Shown here: positions 39,475 through 51,077 of the stretch, one piece after another
Position numbering within the stretch: position 1 is the stretch's first letter
Layout: every line of letters starts with the position of its first letter
The notes under the pieces: model-generated
What the model saw: only the letters and a program-made list of their open reading frames with translations
Database searches by the model: none
Told to the model about the DNA's origin: nothing
Program-made: the position numbers and the translations under genes
Origin: Bdellovibrionales bacterium
Lineage (GTDB): Bacteria > Bdellovibrionota > Bdellovibrionia > Bdellovibrionales > JAUICD01
Direction of reading: 5' to 3'
Assembly: GCA_965203875.1 (NCBI GenBank)
Contig: OZ241914.1
Location: forward strand, 461,209-525,208
Length of the DNA: 64,000 nucleotides

Positions 39475-39732
39475 ATGGCAGTCCAAAATAAAACAACAGC
39501 ACTACGAACAGAATTTGAATACTATCAAAAAAATAAACATGAACTGGTAGAAAAATATGAAGGTAAGGAGATTGTTATTGTAGGGACAAAGGTAATAGGA
39601 GCGTACGATGATTTTAAAACTGCAATAGATGAAACCACAAAAACTCACAAACTAGGAACGTTCATGGTAAAACACGTTGTAAAAGGTGATGACACTATAT
39701 ACTTCAAGCCAAGGGTGTACACAAAGTCATGA
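39475..39732 (+). CDS. Small hypothetical protein (85 aa)
   Basis: Strong RBS GGAGG upstream. The pattern ...GKEIVIVGTKVIGAYDDFKTAIDE... resembles small DUF5678-like proteins, but this assignment is weak. Confidence 0.4.
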   Translation: MAVQNKTTALRTEFEYYQKNKHELVEKYEGKEIVIVGTKVIGAYDDFKTAIDETTKTHKLGTFMVKHVVKGDDTIYFKPRVYTKS

Positions 39733-39744
39733 ATCTGCAAACAG

Positions 39745-39900
39745 CACACATTTATTAAAAACTTTAGGCCTTAAGTAAATCTTTCTGATTATACCTTGAT
39801 AAGTTGGGCAACATTTTATCAACTGTCTTCATAGCTCCATTTAAGACCTTCGGTCTTGCCACTACGCTAATCAAACATTTGATAAAATTGAAGACCTTTA
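39745..39900. repeat. Composite palindromic intergenic repeat, locus 1 (partial module + full module)
   Basis: 39795..39900 aligns with 57528..57637 and with the reverse complement of 55247..55357. 39745..39780 matches the tail of the 57421..57517 module. Confidence 0.8.
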
Positions 39901-39904
39901 TGAC

Positions 39905-40642
39905 TTACTTTAATTGGGATTTGAGGTAGAGCTTATTTAACTCAGAAATGGCTTTTACACTAATCTCTTTAGGACAAGTTGCCTCACACGCTTTAGTACT
40001 AGAACAAAATCCAAACCCTTCTTTGTCCATTTGATCCACCATTTTTACTACTCTATCTTTTTCCACCTGACCTTGAGGTAGCGAATTAAGATGTGCCACC
40101 TTAGCACCAACAAACAACATTGCAGAAGCATTTTTGCAAGCAGCAACACAAGCTCCACAACCTATACAAGCAGCAAAATCCATCGCACTATCAGCATTTT
40201 TTTTATTTACAGGAATATTATTTGCGTCCGGTGCAGAACCTGTGGACACAGAAATAAATCCTCCACTCTGAATAATTCTATCTAGTGAACTTCTATCTAC
40301 AACCAAATCACTTATAACTTTAAATGTCTTAGCTCTGAATGGCTCAATAACAATGGTGTCCTTATCTTTAAAAGATCGCATATGAAGTTGGCAAGTAGTA
40401 ACACCTTTAACAGGTCCATGTGGATCACCATTTATAGTCATCGAACATGTTCCACAAATGCCCTCTCTACAATCATGATCAAAATTTACAGGACGCTTAT
40501 CTTCACTAATTAACTGTTCGTTTAGTACATCGAGCATCTCTAAAAAAGACATATTAGGGTTTACGTCTTCTAGATCATACTCAACCAATTTTCCTTTAGA
40601 AGTTTGATCCTTCTGTCGCCAAATTTTAAGTTTTAAATTCAA
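39905..40642 (-). CDS. sdhB: Succinate dehydrogenase/fumarate reductase Fe-S subunit
   Basis: Cys clusters [26 protein letters not shown] and [13 protein letters not shown]. Confidence 0.9.
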   Translation of the reverse strand: MNLKLKIWRQKDQTSKGKLVEYDLEDVNPNMSFLEMLDVLNEQLISEDKRPVNFDHDCREGICGTCSMTINGDPHGPVKGVTTCQLHMRSFKDKDTIVIEPFRAKTFKVISDLVVDRSSLDRIIQSGGFISVSTGSAPDANNIPVNKKNADSAMDFAACIGCGACVAACKNASAMLFVGAKVAHLNSLPQGQVEKDRVVKMVDQMDKEGFGFCSSTKACEATCPKEISVKAISELNKLYLKSQLK

Positions 40643-40650
40643 ATCAACCT

Positions 40651-42600
40651 CTACTTGTAACTTCTCTTTGTCGGTTTAACATATTCAAAATTTAAATTTT
40701 CCTTATGTAATTTTGGCTCTTCTTCACTGTATTGCCATGCTGATACATGAGAAAAATTTTCATCATCTCTTAATGCTTCACCATCAGGCGTTTGGTATTC
40801 CTCTCTAAAATGCCCTCCACAAGATTCTGATCTTACAAGAGCATCTTTAGCCATCAACTGACCCAACTCTATAAAATCAGACAACCGACCAGCATGCTCC
40901 AACTGTATGTTCATCTCTTTATCATCACCTGATAACTTTAGATCATTTTCAAACTCAAGTTTTAACGATTGAATTTGCTTAACTGCACTTTTAAGTCCAG
41001 ATTCATTTCTAGACATACCAACATTATCCCACATTATAGCTCCAAGTTTTTTGTGTAGCTGCATAGGAGTCATACTCCCTTTTGTATTTTTTAATTTTTG
41101 TATATATTTGTTTGATGAATCCTCTGCTTCGTCAAACTCTTTTGTATTTTCATTCACATCTTTTAAAGAAGCATTGGCTAAAAAATTACCTATCGTGTAA
41201 GGAATAATAAAATATCCGTCAGCTAAACCTTGCATTAATGCGGATGCCCCTAACCTATTAGCTCCATGATCAGAAAAATTACATTCACCCAAAGCAAACA
41301 AACCATCAACTGTTGTCATTAAATTATAATCTACCCACAAACCACCCATAGTGTAATGAACAGCTGGGTAAATACGCATTGGTTTTATATAAGGGTTATC
41401 ACCAGTAATTTTCTCATACATATGAAATAGATTCCCATACTTAGACTGAATTACATCTTTTCCATCTCTTGTTATAGCATCTTTAAAATCTAGATATACA
41501 GAAAGTTTTGTATCCCCCACTCCAAAACCATCATCACATATACTCTTTGCTGCCCTGGAAGCTACATCTCTAGGAACTAAATTTCCAAAGCTAGGATATT
41601 TTCTTTCTAGATAGTAATCTCTTTCATCATTGGGAATATTCTCTGGTGCTCTATTGTCCTCTTTATTTTTAGGAACCCAAACTCTTCCATCGTTTCTTAG
41701 AGATTCTGACATTAAGGTAAGCTTGGATTGATAATCACCTGAAACAGGAATACAAGTCGGATGAATTTGTGTGTAACATGGATTAGCAAATAAAGCTCCC
41801 TTTTTATAAGCTCTTAAACTTGCAGTAACATTAGATGCTTTAGCATTTGTAGAAAGATAAAATACATTTCCATATCCACCAGTTGCCAACACAACTGCAT
41901 GAGCAGCGAATCTTTCTAACTTACCACTAACCAAATTTCTAACTATTATACCTCTGGCTTTGTCATCCACGACTACAAGATCTAACATCTCTCTTCTTGT
42001 AAAAATTTTGAGTCTTCCAGTTTTTGCCTGACGAGATAAAGCACTATAAGCTCCCAATAAAAGTTGTTGCCCTGTTTGCCCTCTGGCATAAAAAGTTCTT
42101 TTAACCTGTGCTCCACCAAATGATCTGTTGTCCAAATAGCCACCGTACTCTCTGGCAAACGGCACTCCTTGAGCAACCGCCTGATCAATAATATTTAACG
42201 AAAGTTCTGAAAGACGATAGGTATTAGATTCCCTTGCTCTAAAATCTCCACCTTTGATTGTATCATAAAATAATCTATAAACACTATCTCCATCATTCTG
42301 ATAATTTTTAGCTGCATTGATCCCTCCCTGAGCTGCTATCGAATGTGCTCTTCTAGGACTATCCTGAATACAAAAACAACTAACGTTATATCCTAATTCA
42401 GCTAAACTAGCAGAAGCAGAAGCGCCTGCTAAACCTGTTCCAACAACAATGATGTCAAATTTTCTTTTGTTATTTGGAGATACAATACTCATATTGAATT
42501 TGTGAGTATTCCATCTATTCTCTATAGCACCTGATGGAGATTTAGAATCTAAATTTACCACACCGGCCCCTTTAGAAAAATATAAACAGGAGGGATACAA
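40651..42600 (-). CDS. sdhA: Succinate dehydrogenase/fumarate reductase flavoprotein subunit
   Basis: FAD-binding [14 protein letters not shown], plus HPTCIP and HYTMGG. The true start is probably the GTG at 42561 ([17 protein letters not shown]...), just after the sdhC stop. Confidence 0.9.
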   Translation of the reverse strand: MYPSCLYFSKGAGVVNLDSKSPSGAIENRWNTHKFNMSIVSPNNKRKFDIIVVGTGLAGASASASLAELGYNVSCFCIQDSPRRAHSIAAQGGINAAKNYQNDGDSVYRLFYDTIKGGDFRARESNTYRLSELSLNIIDQAVAQGVPFAREYGGYLDNRSFGGAQVKRTFYARGQTGQQLLLGAYSALSRQAKTGRLKIFTRREMLDLVVVDDKARGIIVRNLVSGKLERFAAHAVVLATGGYGNVFYLSTNAKASNVTASLRAYKKGALFANPCYTQIHPTCIPVSGDYQSKLTLMSESLRNDGRVWVPKNKEDNRAPENIPNDERDYYLERKYPSFGNLVPRDVASRAAKSICDDGFGVGDTKLSVYLDFKDAITRDGKDVIQSKYGNLFHMYEKITGDNPYIKPMRIYPAVHYTMGGLWVDYNLMTTVDGLFALGECNFSDHGANRLGASALMQGLADGYFIIPYTIGNFLANASLKDVNENTKEFDEAEDSSNKYIQKLKNTKGSMTPMQLHKKLGAIMWDNVGMSRNESGLKSAVKQIQSLKLEFENDLKLSGDDKEMNIQLEHAGRLSDFIELGQLMAKDALVRSESCGGHFREEYQTPDGEALRDDENFSHVSAWQYSEEEPKLHKENLNFEYVKPTKRSYK

Positions 42601-43220
42601 AATCCAATACCTACAACCATACCGTAGACAAAACTTAATTTTCTTACAAACGAATAATACTTTTCGCTATAAAGTCCCAAAGATTGAAGGCTGGAGCTAA
42701 TACCGTTGGCCATATGAAATCCTAATATAAGAACTGTAACACAGTAAAATGAAACATACATGGGACTTTGAAATTCTAAAACCACTAAACGAAATATATC
42801 ACGTATTTGGCCTGTATCATAAGTTACTTTATATTCAGGTCCGAACTTAAAATCGACCAAATGTACAATTAAAAATAACAATATCAAAATACCCTGGTAT
42901 TTCATTGTCTTGGCTATAAAGCCGGTGCCTTTTTCGCCTTTCGATGTGGCACTTTGTTTTGTCTTTGCTTTTGCATTTTTAATACTGACATTCACAGCAT
43001 AACATACGTGAATGAGTAACAATATTAAAAGCCCAGCTTCCATTAAATATATTCCTGGATTACTAATAAGAGCATGAGAATACTTATTATAAACTTCAGG
43101 GCCGGCAAAAACCAAGAGATTACCAGCCATATGGCCTAATACAAATAATGCCCAGCCAATACCAGAGATGGCCATCAACTGCTTTTGCCCAACTGAAGAA
43201 AATATATATTTAGATATCAA
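42555..43220 (-). CDS. sdhC: Succinate dehydrogenase cytochrome b subunit
   Basis: A 221-aa polytopic membrane protein with conserved His, located upstream of sdhAB. Confidence 0.75.
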   Translation of the reverse strand: MISKYIFSSVGQKQLMAISGIGWALFVLGHMAGNLLVFAGPEVYNKYSHALISNPGIYLMEAGLLILLLIHVCYAVNVSIKNAKAKTKQSATSKGEKGTGFIAKTMKYQGILILLFLIVHLVDFKFGPEYKVTYDTGQIRDIFRLVVLEFQSPMYVSFYCVTVLILGFHMANGISSSLQSLGLYSEKYYSFVRKLSFVYGMVVGIGFCIPPVYIFLKGPVW

Positions 43221-43278
43221 ACCTTAACCCTCAGATATAATCTTACTATCACGATGACCATCAACTTTCAAACACCAA

Positions 43279-44166
43279 TTACTGTATACCTAAATTCCCT
43301 ATCTTGGATGGCAATGTGAAATATTTTGAAAGCCAACGATTTACCTCGATTAATTTTTTCAAATTGACACCAGTTTCATAACCCATTCCCTCTAGAAAAA
43401 ACACCAAGTCTTCGGTAGCCACATTTCCAGATGCACCTTTTGCATAAGGACATCCTCCCAATCCGCCTATGCTTGAGTCAAAACGTTTGATCCCAAAATC
43501 CAGGCTTTCTCTCACATTGGCTATGGCCATTCCTCTGGTATCGTGAAAGTGCATTGCTATTTTTTTACTTGGTATATGTTTTAGAAAATGTTTTAACAAA
43601 TTTCCTACGTCCTTACATGTAGCGGCTCCTATAGTGTCTCCAATAGATATTTCATAACAACCAGAATCTATCAGCTTTCTTGCAATATTCGCCACCTTTC
43701 TATAATCAACCTTTCCTTCGTAGGGGCAAGAAAATGCACAACTTATATATGCTCTTAGTTTCACCCTATGCTTTTTTGCAATTTTACTGATGGCATTTAA
43801 TCTAATAAAGCTCTGTCTTATAGTACAGTTTATATTTTTGCTATTAAAGGTTTCACTGGCAGATGTAAAAAAAGCCACTTCTTTTATACCAGTATCCAAA
43901 GCATCCATAATGCCATGTTCGTTTGGTACAAGGGCAGAGAAGCCAGTATTCTGAATATTTTCAACTACCTTCTTTATAATAGATTTAGAGCCTGCCATTT
44001 GACGAACCCACTTAGATGACACAAATGAACCTAACTCTATTCTTTTAAGCCCTGTTTGGTGGAGTTTTTTGATTAAGTTATATCTTAGCTGAGTAGATAT
44101 AATCTTAGATTCATTCTGCAACCCATCTCTAGGGCCTACTTCTACTAATGTTATTTCTTTTTTCAT
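43279..44166 (-). CDS. Hydroxymethylglutaryl-CoA lyase
   Basis: VEVGPRDGLQNE and HFHDTRGMAIANV. Confidence 0.88.
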   Translation of the reverse strand: MKKEITLVEVGPRDGLQNESKIISTQLRYNLIKKLHQTGLKRIELGSFVSSKWVRQMAGSKSIIKKVVENIQNTGFSALVPNEHGIMDALDTGIKEVAFFTSASETFNSKNINCTIRQSFIRLNAISKIAKKHRVKLRAYISCAFSCPYEGKVDYRKVANIARKLIDSGCYEISIGDTIGAATCKDVGNLLKHFLKHIPSKKIAMHFHDTRGMAIANVRESLDFGIKRFDSSIGGLGGCPYAKGASGNVATEDLVFFLEGMGYETGVNLKKLIEVNRWLSKYFTLPSKIGNLGIQ

Positions 44167-44171
44167 AGCTG

Positions 44172-46001
44172 TTAATCTTGTTGTTTTTCAAACTCTACTA
44201 AAATATCATCTTTTTTTACTTGATCATTTTTTTTCACATTTACAGATTTTATTTTAGAATCCACAGTGGATTTTATCATATATTCCATCTTCATGGCTTC
44301 CATAACTAGTACCACATCCCCAACCTTGAGTGTGTCTGCTTTCTTAACTAGAATATTGGTAATTTTTCCAGGCATGTATGCTCTAATATTATTCTGATGT
44401 TTAGGTACTAATACAACATCATCAAATTTACACAACCAAGAATCTATGAAACTACCATCACATACGCAGTGTACCCATATTCCATCCGGGGTTACAATAT
44501 AACTAATTTCAACATTTTTACCTGATATAATCAACGTTGATGTCTTAACCAAGTTGCATCTTTTGTTGTGTTTCTTAATTTTAAACGAAGATTCATGTGT
44601 GTTTAATAGTGGTAAATGGTTTATTTCTTTTTTTATCCAAAACTCTATATATTCTTTGTAATATTCATCTTCTTTTACTTGAAAATAGTCGGTTAGGTTA
44701 ATGTGTGCTTTGGATTCTAAAAAAGTTTGGTGGTTTATTATGTTGCTTAGAGTTTTTAGATTTGTCTCTACGCCAAATATCAAATATTCTTTAAAAGCTT
44801 TGTTAAGCTGTTGAATACATTCTTCTCTGGTATCTGCATGTGCTATCATTTTAGCAAACATTGAATCATAAAATTCTGATATAGAATGTCCAGTATCAAA
44901 ACCATCATCACATCTGATGTTTGGTTTACTATAGTGCAAAATTTCTCCTGTACTTGGAGTTCCATCTTTTTCAGCATAGATGCGACATTCTATAGCATGG
45001 CCTTTTGGTTTTAAATCATGTTGTTTAATAGGAAGTTTTTTAAATTTGGCAATTTTAATTTGTAACTCTACCATATCTACATCTAGAATCATTTCAGTCA
45101 CTGGATGCTCTACTTGCAGTCTGGTGTTCATTTCTAAAAAATAGTACCGATCTTTAAACAGCAAAAACTCAACAGTTCCAGCTCCAACATATTGAACAGC
45201 TTTAGCTGCTTTTATTGCAGAGCTTGCCATTTTTTGCCTTAGATTGTCATCTAATGTAGGGCATAGAGCTTCTTCTATTATTTTTTGATGTTTTCTTTGT
45301 ACGCTGCATTCTCTTTCATATAGATGAATTGCATCTTTTCCATCAGCTAAAATTTGAAACTCTACATGCTTTGCTTTATCCATATATTTTTCTATAAAAA
45401 TTTGATCTGAATTAAATGAAGCTTTTGACTCTCTTTTTGCAGATTCAACATTGGATAAAAAATCAGATTTATTTTTACAAACTCTTATACCTCTGCCTCC
45501 TCCACCCAAACTTGCCTTTATTAATACAGGAAATCCCAACAGCTCTGCCTCTTTTATTAAAGTATCATTGTCTTGTTTTTTACCGTTGTACCCAGGTATT
45601 ATTGGTATGTTTATTTTTTCACAGATTCGTCTTGCTGTTGTTTTATCACCCATTTTCAAGATAGCATCAGAGCTAGGGCCTATAAAATTAACATCTTGTT
45701 CTTCTACACATTTAGCAAACTTAGCATTTTCTGATAAAAAACCAAACCCTGGGTGTAAGGCTTGTGCTTTAGACTTTGTTAATCCTGTAATGATTTTATC
45801 TATATCTAAGTAAGCATTGTGTTGCCCGATACAAATACATTCGTCTGCTTCGTAATATGCTTTTGTATTTTTAGCATCCACGGTTGAATGTAAAAGCACT
45901 GTTGGAATATTTAGCTTCTTGCAGGTTTTTATAATTCTTAAGGCTACTTCGCCCCTGTTAGCTATTGCTATTTTGTTGAAATAACTCATCGCTAGGCTCA
46001 A
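44172..46001 (-). CDS. Acyl-CoA carboxylase alpha subunit (biotin carboxylase + BCCP), probably methylcrotonyl-CoA carboxylase
   Basis: EMNTRLQVEHPVTE and the biotinylation site EAMKME. The specificity call comes from its context with HMG-CoA lyase and the hydratase. Confidence 0.8.
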   Translation of the reverse strand: MSLAMSYFNKIAIANRGEVALRIIKTCKKLNIPTVLLHSTVDAKNTKAYYEADECICIGQHNAYLDIDKIITGLTKSKAQALHPGFGFLSENAKFAKCVEEQDVNFIGPSSDAILKMGDKTTARRICEKINIPIIPGYNGKKQDNDTLIKEAELLGFPVLIKASLGGGGRGIRVCKNKSDFLSNVESAKRESKASFNSDQIFIEKYMDKAKHVEFQILADGKDAIHLYERECSVQRKHQKIIEEALCPTLDDNLRQKMASSAIKAAKAVQYVGAGTVEFLLFKDRYYFLEMNTRLQVEHPVTEMILDVDMVELQIKIAKFKKLPIKQHDLKPKGHAIECRIYAEKDGTPSTGEILHYSKPNIRCDDGFDTGHSISEFYDSMFAKMIAHADTREECIQQLNKAFKEYLIFGVETNLKTLSNIINHQTFLESKAHINLTDYFQVKEDEYYKEYIEFWIKKEINHLPLLNTHESSFKIKKHNKRCNLVKTSTLIISGKNVEISYIVTPDGIWVHCVCDGSFIDSWLCKFDDVVLVPKHQNNIRAYMPGKITNILVKKADTLKVGDVVLVMEAMKMEYMIKSTVDSKIKSVNVKKNDQVKKDDILVEFEKQQD

Positions 46002-46750
46002 CGATTTTTAAAAAATGATTTTATACCATCTTGAGCTTCTTTGCTGACTCTCACATCTGCTATTAGCTCAATGCAATGTCTTTTTAATTCGTCTGGAATT
46101 TTTTTGTGAATGGTTTTGATCAATTTCTTTGTGTGTCTTGTAGCATTATAACCTACACTTTTAAACTCATCTATTTTTTTTAAAATATATTCATCTACAT
46201 CTTTTAAGTTTCCTACAAAATGCACCAACTTTTTATCAAAGGCGGTTGTTGCATTAAAAGTTTCTCCAGTTAGCATAAGCTCTAAGGCTGAGGAATAACC
46301 TATTTTAAATAGAACGTAGGAGCTGATAACCGAAGGAACCATACCTATCTTAGCTTCTGCAAATGAAAACTTAGTGTCATTAACAGCGGCCACTATGTCA
46401 CACAAACTTACAATACCAACGCCTCCACCAGCAACATGTCCATGTACCTTTGCTATTATTGGGTGAGGACAATCGTTGATTATTTCAAACATTTTAGATA
46501 AAGCCGTTGCGTCTTTTATATTTTCTTCTCTAGATTGTCCAATAAATGACTTCATATAATTTAGATCAGCTCCGGCACAAAAACTTTTTCCAGAGCCTTT
46601 TATAACAATTAACAAAACATCTAGGGAGCTGTTCAAATCTTTAAAAACTGTAGTGATTTCCTTGATCATTTCTTCGTTCATGGCGTTTCTGACTTTGGGT
46701 CTATCTAACAAGATTTCTACCACTTTGTTTTTGTTTGAAACTTTGACCAT
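45998..46750 (-). CDS. Enoyl-CoA hydratase (methylglutaconyl-CoA hydratase candidate)
   Basis: Crotonase motif GKSFCAGADL, with a 4-nt overlap with the downstream gene. Confidence 0.8.
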   Translation of the reverse strand: MVKVSNKNKVVEILLDRPKVRNAMNEEMIKEITTVFKDLNSSLDVLLIVIKGSGKSFCAGADLNYMKSFIGQSREENIKDATALSKMFEIINDCPHPIIAKVHGHVAGGGVGIVSLCDIVAAVNDTKFSFAEAKIGMVPSVISSYVLFKIGYSSALELMLTGETFNATTAFDKKLVHFVGNLKDVDEYILKKIDEFKSVGYNATRHTKKLIKTIHKKIPDELKRHCIELIADVRVSKEAQDGIKSFFKNR

Positions 46751-46751
46751 G

Positions 46752-48350
46752 CTACATCCTGAATATGCCGTTTATCGTAGGATCATCTTCATTATAGAGA
46801 CTCATTTCTAAACCCATGCTCAAAACTTTTCTCGTATCTAGAGGGTCAATTATACCGTCATCCCAAATGCGTGCTGTTGAATAATAAGCAGAGCTTTCTA
46901 TTTTGTATTTTTCTAAAATTGGTTTTTCAAATTCTTTAATTTCTGCATCACTCATCTGTATGCCTTTCTTTTTAAGCTGATCGAATTTAACAGTGGATAA
47001 AACTTTGCTGGCTTGTTCGCCTCCCATAACACTTATTCTAGCGTTTGGCCACATCCAAAGTTGTCTAGGGGAGTATGCTCTTCCACACATAGCATAGTTA
47101 CCTGCTCCATAGGAGCCGCCTATCACAACAGTAAACTTAGCAACGTTGGCGTTGCTAACAGCCATTACCATCTTAGCTCCGTCTTTTGCTATACCTCTAT
47201 TTTCATATTCTTTTCCAACCATAAATCCAGTTATGTTGTGAAGGAATACTATTGGAATTTTTCGTTTTGTACAAAGGCCAATAAAGTGGACTGCCTTTAA
47301 GGCACTTTCACTTATAAGCACTCCGTTGTTTGCAATTACCCCAACTTCGTACCCATCTATTGTGGCAAATCCTGTAACTATCGAATCGGTATAAAATTTC
47401 TTAAATTCACAAAATCTACTTCCATCTACTAGCCTAGCAATTATCTCTCTAACATCAAATGTCTTTCTAGTATTTTGTGGTATTATGCCATACAACTCGC
47501 CAGGATCGTAATAAGGATTTTCTGGTTTAAATCGTTTAACTGATCTAGGTTTTTTATTCATGTGTGTAACAAGTGTTCTGCAAATTTCTATTGCATGGTG
47601 ATCATCTTTAGCAAAATGATCTGTTACACCGCTTTTGGTACAATGAACTTTTGCTCCGCCTAAATCTTCTTTTGATACTTCTTCACCTGTAGCTGCTTTG
47701 ACCAAAGGAGGTCCTCCTAAAAATATTGTTCCGGTTTTATCTACAATAATATTTTCATCGCACATGGCTGGTATGTATGCACCACCTGCTGTGCAATTAC
47801 CCATCACAATCGCAATTTGGCCGATACCTTTTTTGGACATCACAGATTGGTTGTAAAATATTCTGCCAAAATGATCTTTATCTGGAAAAACCTTAGCTTG
47901 CATAGGTAAAAAGGCTCCACCACTATCTACCATGTAGATACAGACTAGGTTATTATCCATTGCAACTTCTTGTGCTCTCAGATGTTTTTTTACAGTCATT
48001 GGAAAGTAAGTACCGCCCTTTATGGTTGCGTCATTTGCTATTATCACGCATGGCATAGAGCAAATTTGTCCTACACCTGTGATTATACCAGCACATGGGT
48101 TTTGATTTTCATACATATCTATACTGGCTAGAGAAGAAAACTCCATAAATTCTGTGTTGTTATCAATCAGAGTTTCTATTCTTTTTCTTGCGGTAAGCTT
48201 GCCTCTTTTACTGTGCCTATCTATAGCTTCTTTGCTGCCTGTTTGTTTAAGTTTCTTTTGTTTAAATTCGTCAACCAGTAGGGACATGTGGTCATAGTTT
48301 GTTTTATAATCTTCGGCTTTGGTGTTAATGTTAGATTTGATAAGAGACAT
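46752..48350 (-). CDS. Acyl-CoA carboxylase carboxyltransferase (beta) subunit, probably methylcrotonyl-CoA carboxylase
   Basis: A 532-aa carboxyltransferase fold pattern (...[11 protein letters not shown]..., ...[16 protein letters not shown]...). Confidence 0.8.
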   Translation of the reverse strand: MSLIKSNINTKAEDYKTNYDHMSLLVDEFKQKKLKQTGSKEAIDRHSKRGKLTARKRIETLIDNNTEFMEFSSLASIDMYENQNPCAGIITGVGQICSMPCVIIANDATIKGGTYFPMTVKKHLRAQEVAMDNNLVCIYMVDSGGAFLPMQAKVFPDKDHFGRIFYNQSVMSKKGIGQIAIVMGNCTAGGAYIPAMCDENIIVDKTGTIFLGGPPLVKAATGEEVSKEDLGGAKVHCTKSGVTDHFAKDDHHAIEICRTLVTHMNKKPRSVKRFKPENPYYDPGELYGIIPQNTRKTFDVREIIARLVDGSRFCEFKKFYTDSIVTGFATIDGYEVGVIANNGVLISESALKAVHFIGLCTKRKIPIVFLHNITGFMVGKEYENRGIAKDGAKMVMAVSNANVAKFTVVIGGSYGAGNYAMCGRAYSPRQLWMWPNARISVMGGEQASKVLSTVKFDQLKKKGIQMSDAEIKEFEKPILEKYKIESSAYYSTARIWDDGIIDPLDTRKVLSMGLEMSLYNEDDPTINGIFRM

Positions 48351-48412
48351 GGCCTAGAATTTGACATAAACCCACTTTGTTAGCAATTATGTTTAATCAA
48401 AATGCCATGTGT

Positions 48413-48652
48413 CTAATTATTATATGGATGTTTAAAATTTAACAGTACCAGAGTTGGTTTATGAGCTAAAATTTGCTTAGAATGACTCATAAAATTTTCT
48501 ACTAAGTTAAGTTTTCTATCCCAGGTAAATAACGAGCCTATGAACAGCGTGTCAACAACTATGACTGTATGTGTGTTGATCACAAAATTGACCTTATCAT
48601 ATAGTGCCCTAGTGTATGGACCGTACTGATTATAAACGATGGTGTCGATCAT
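48413..48652 (-). CDS. Doubtful small ORF (79 aa from internal Met)
   Basis: The listed 116-aa ORF overlaps the conserved N-terminus of the + strand MTase, so only the part from M38 could be real. It has no RBS and no recognised motif. Confidence 0.2.
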   Translation of the reverse strand: MIDTIVYNQYGPYTRALYDKVNFVINTHTVIVVDTLFIGSLFTWDRKLNLVENFMSHSKQILAHKPTLVLLNFKHPYNN

Positions 48653-51073
48653 ATGAAAGATATTAATTTTGCTCTTGTAGAGGAAACTCGCCCCCCTTTG
48701 TATACCGCTATGAAATACTGGGGGAAAAAACCTCATAATATTTGGGGAGAATACATAAAACACTATACCTCAGAAATTGGCTTATACTTAGATCCATTTG
48801 CAGGTAGTGCCATGAGTGCTTTTGAAGCTGTAAAAGCTGGCAGAAAAGCTATTGCTTTTGATTTGAATCCACTGACCTCTTTTATTATAGAAACCTATTG
48901 TGGCAAATTCGACTCTATAAATTTTCAAAAAGCAGTTAAGAAGATAACTACATCTATAGGTAATGACGATATTTATCTGGAATACTTTTCTAAGGATTGT
49001 GATAAATGTCGTAAACACGCAATAGCTCAACACTTCAAATGGGAAAAAAATGAATTATACGAATTAGGTGTACTTTGTGACCATTGTCATTGCCGTTATA
49101 TAGCTAGACCAACGGTTAATGACAAAACGAAAGCAAGAAAAATGGCCAATATAAAGATAAAGTATTGGTATCCAACAGATACCTTTCATAATACTTCATC
49201 ATTTTCTTCAAGTTTTATTTCTTGTGTTGGAGGAGATAACTTTTATCAGTTATGGACACGAAGAAATTTATATATAATTTCAAAAATTTTTAACAGCATA
49301 CTAGATACTACAGACAATAACCTTAAGAACCAACTTTTGCTTGGTTTTATAAAGACTATTCATCTGTGTAGTAAAATGTGCATTCCAAGAAGGGAGCTTG
49401 CTAATAGAGCTTTTTCAACAAGTTGGGGTCGTTCAGCATATATTTGTTCTTCTAGACAAATGGAAATGAATCCATTGCTGGTATTTAAAAGCAGTTGTGT
49501 TGATAAAAAACAATCTGTTATCAGTGCTATGTCTGCCGTACGATCTTATTTAGGAAAACAGCCAAAAACACTTTATGTTGATGACAGTAATAAAAGCAAC
49601 AGAACAAAAAACTTTGATATTAAATATGGTATTGTAGATGTAAACACGATTACTAATTTCATTGATAATGAGAGTGTTGATTTTATTCTTACAGATCCTC
49701 CTTATGGAGGATTAGTTCAATATTTAGATCTAAGTACAATATGGCTTATATGGTTAAAGAAAATTAATCCAAAATATACACCTAATTTCAAAAATGAGAT
49801 TACTATAAAAAACAAGAGGAATATAGATGACTACAATTTAAAATTTCAAAAAGCAGTCAAAAATCTTTATAAAGTATTACGTCCAGAAGGTAAAATTGTA
49901 TTTACATTCCATAACAAAGATATAAAAATCTGGAATGCTTTTTTAAAAGCTATTAGGCTGGCTAACTTTGACATTGAAAAAGTTATTCATCAACAAAATA
50001 AAAGAACTGGAGAATCTAATGTTGCAAATCCATATGGAACATCTGGTGCAGATTTTTATATTCGTTGTGTAAAATCTTCTAGTGGAAAAAATAGAAAAAT
50101 TTCCTCTGAAACAGAACAAGAATTTAAAAATAGAGTCATTTGTACAGCAATAGGACTGGTAGCACAGAGAAATGAACCAACTCCATACCAAATTTTATTC
50201 AACGGTATTTTAGCGGAAGTATCGTCTGCTGGGTTTGATATTGAGGATTTTGATATAAATATAAAAAAAATCCTAGAAAATAAAATAGGAGTAATTTTTA
50301 AAATTACTGAAAATAATGATAACGTTGCAGGAAAATATTGGTGGTTTATCGACCCCTCAAAATATATCGATCATCCTGATAGAGATTTAAACGATAGGTT
50401 AGAAGCAACCATATCTTCTTTTTTAAGGAACAAGCAAACAGTTAGTTTTGATGATGTTTTAGGTAAAGTTTTCACTAAATATATAAATGGATTAACACCT
50501 GAAATTAAGTCTATTGATAATATTTTAAAAAAATATGCACATAAGCATGGGTCTATGTGGCACTACAACGGTTGTGATACGGAATTAATGTTTACTGATC
50601 ATACCCGCATGCTTGCTCTACTGTCTAGTATTGGCAAAAAAAATGGATATGACATATACGTTGGTAAAGCTGAACAATCGGACAAATACAATAATAAAAC
50701 GCTATCACAATATGCAGATATTATAAGTTTAGATACAAAAAACTTTAACTTTACTAAAGAACGAAGAAGTAGAATTGAAATGATAGATATGCTTTGGATA
50801 AAAAATGGAGAAATAAAGTACGCTATTGAAGTTGAAAATTCTACTAAATTTACATCAGGATTGCAAAGAGCATCTAACCTTGGTTTTAGTGTAGAAAAGA
50901 TCATGGTTCTGCCTGATGAAAGAGAAAAGGAACTTCGATCTATAGGTGACCCTCTATTTGTAGAAGGTTTTAATAGGTATAATTGGAAATACCTACTTTA
51001 TAAAGATGTACTAAGACTGGATTCAGCTCGTGATATTAAAACTTTGTTGAACATTTTGTTAAAGAAGTTGTAA
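48653..51073 (+). CDS. Large DNA methyltransferase with Zn-ribbon insert and C-terminal PD-(D/E)XK-like domain (type IIG/IIC-like candidate)
   Basis: N-terminal RPPLYTAMKYWGKKP. Motif I LDPFAGSAMSAFEAVKAGRKAIAFDLNP. Cys pairs CDKC...CDHCHC. Motif IV ILTDPPYGGLVQYLDLSTIWLIWL. C-terminal IDMLW...YAIEVENSTK. Confidence 0.6.
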   Translation: MKDINFALVEETRPPLYTAMKYWGKKPHNIWGEYIKHYTSEIGLYLDPFAGSAMSAFEAVKAGRKAIAFDLNPLTSFIIETYCGKFDSINFQKAVKKITTSIGNDDIYLEYFSKDCDKCRKHAIAQHFKWEKNELYELGVLCDHCHCRYIARPTVNDKTKARKMANIKIKYWYPTDTFHNTSSFSSSFISCVGGDNFYQLWTRRNLYIISKIFNSILDTTDNNLKNQLLLGFIKTIHLCSKMCIPRRELANRAFSTSWGRSAYICSSRQMEMNPLLVFKSSCVDKKQSVISAMSAVRSYLGKQPKTLYVDDSNKSNRTKNFDIKYGIVDVNTITNFIDNESVDFILTDPPYGGLVQYLDLSTIWLIWLKKINPKYTPNFKNEITIKNKRNIDDYNLKFQKAVKNLYKVLRPEGKIVFTFHNKDIKIWNAFLKAIRLANFDIEKVIHQQNKRTGESNVANPYGTSGADFYIRCVKSSSGKNRKISSETEQEFKNRVICTAIGLVAQRNEPTPYQILFNGILAEVSSAGFDIEDFDINIKKILENKIGVIFKITENNDNVAGKYWWFIDPSKYIDHPDRDLNDRLEATISSFLRNKQTVSFDDVLGKVFTKYINGLTPEIKSIDNILKKYAHKHGSMWHYNGCDTELMFTDHTRMLALLSSIGKKNGYDIYVGKAEQSDKYNNKTLSQYADIISLDTKNFNFTKERRSRIEMIDMLWIKNGEIKYAIEVENSTKFTSGLQRASNLGFSVEKIMVLPDEREKELRSIGDPLFVEGFNRYNWKYLLYKDVLRLDSARDIKTLLNILLKKL

Positions 51074-51077
51074 GCAT

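Noticed and set aside
42555-42600. 46-nt sdhC/sdhA overlap
   Set aside because: The same reasoning applies: a GTG at 42561 gives the conserved N-terminus ([17 protein letters not shown]) without a long overlap.
48653-48763. N-terminal 37 codons of the listed 116-aa minus-strand ORF 48413..48763
   Set aside because: They overlap the conserved N-terminus (RPPLYTAMKYWGKKP) of the plus-strand MTase. Even the remaining 79-aa part is weakly supported.
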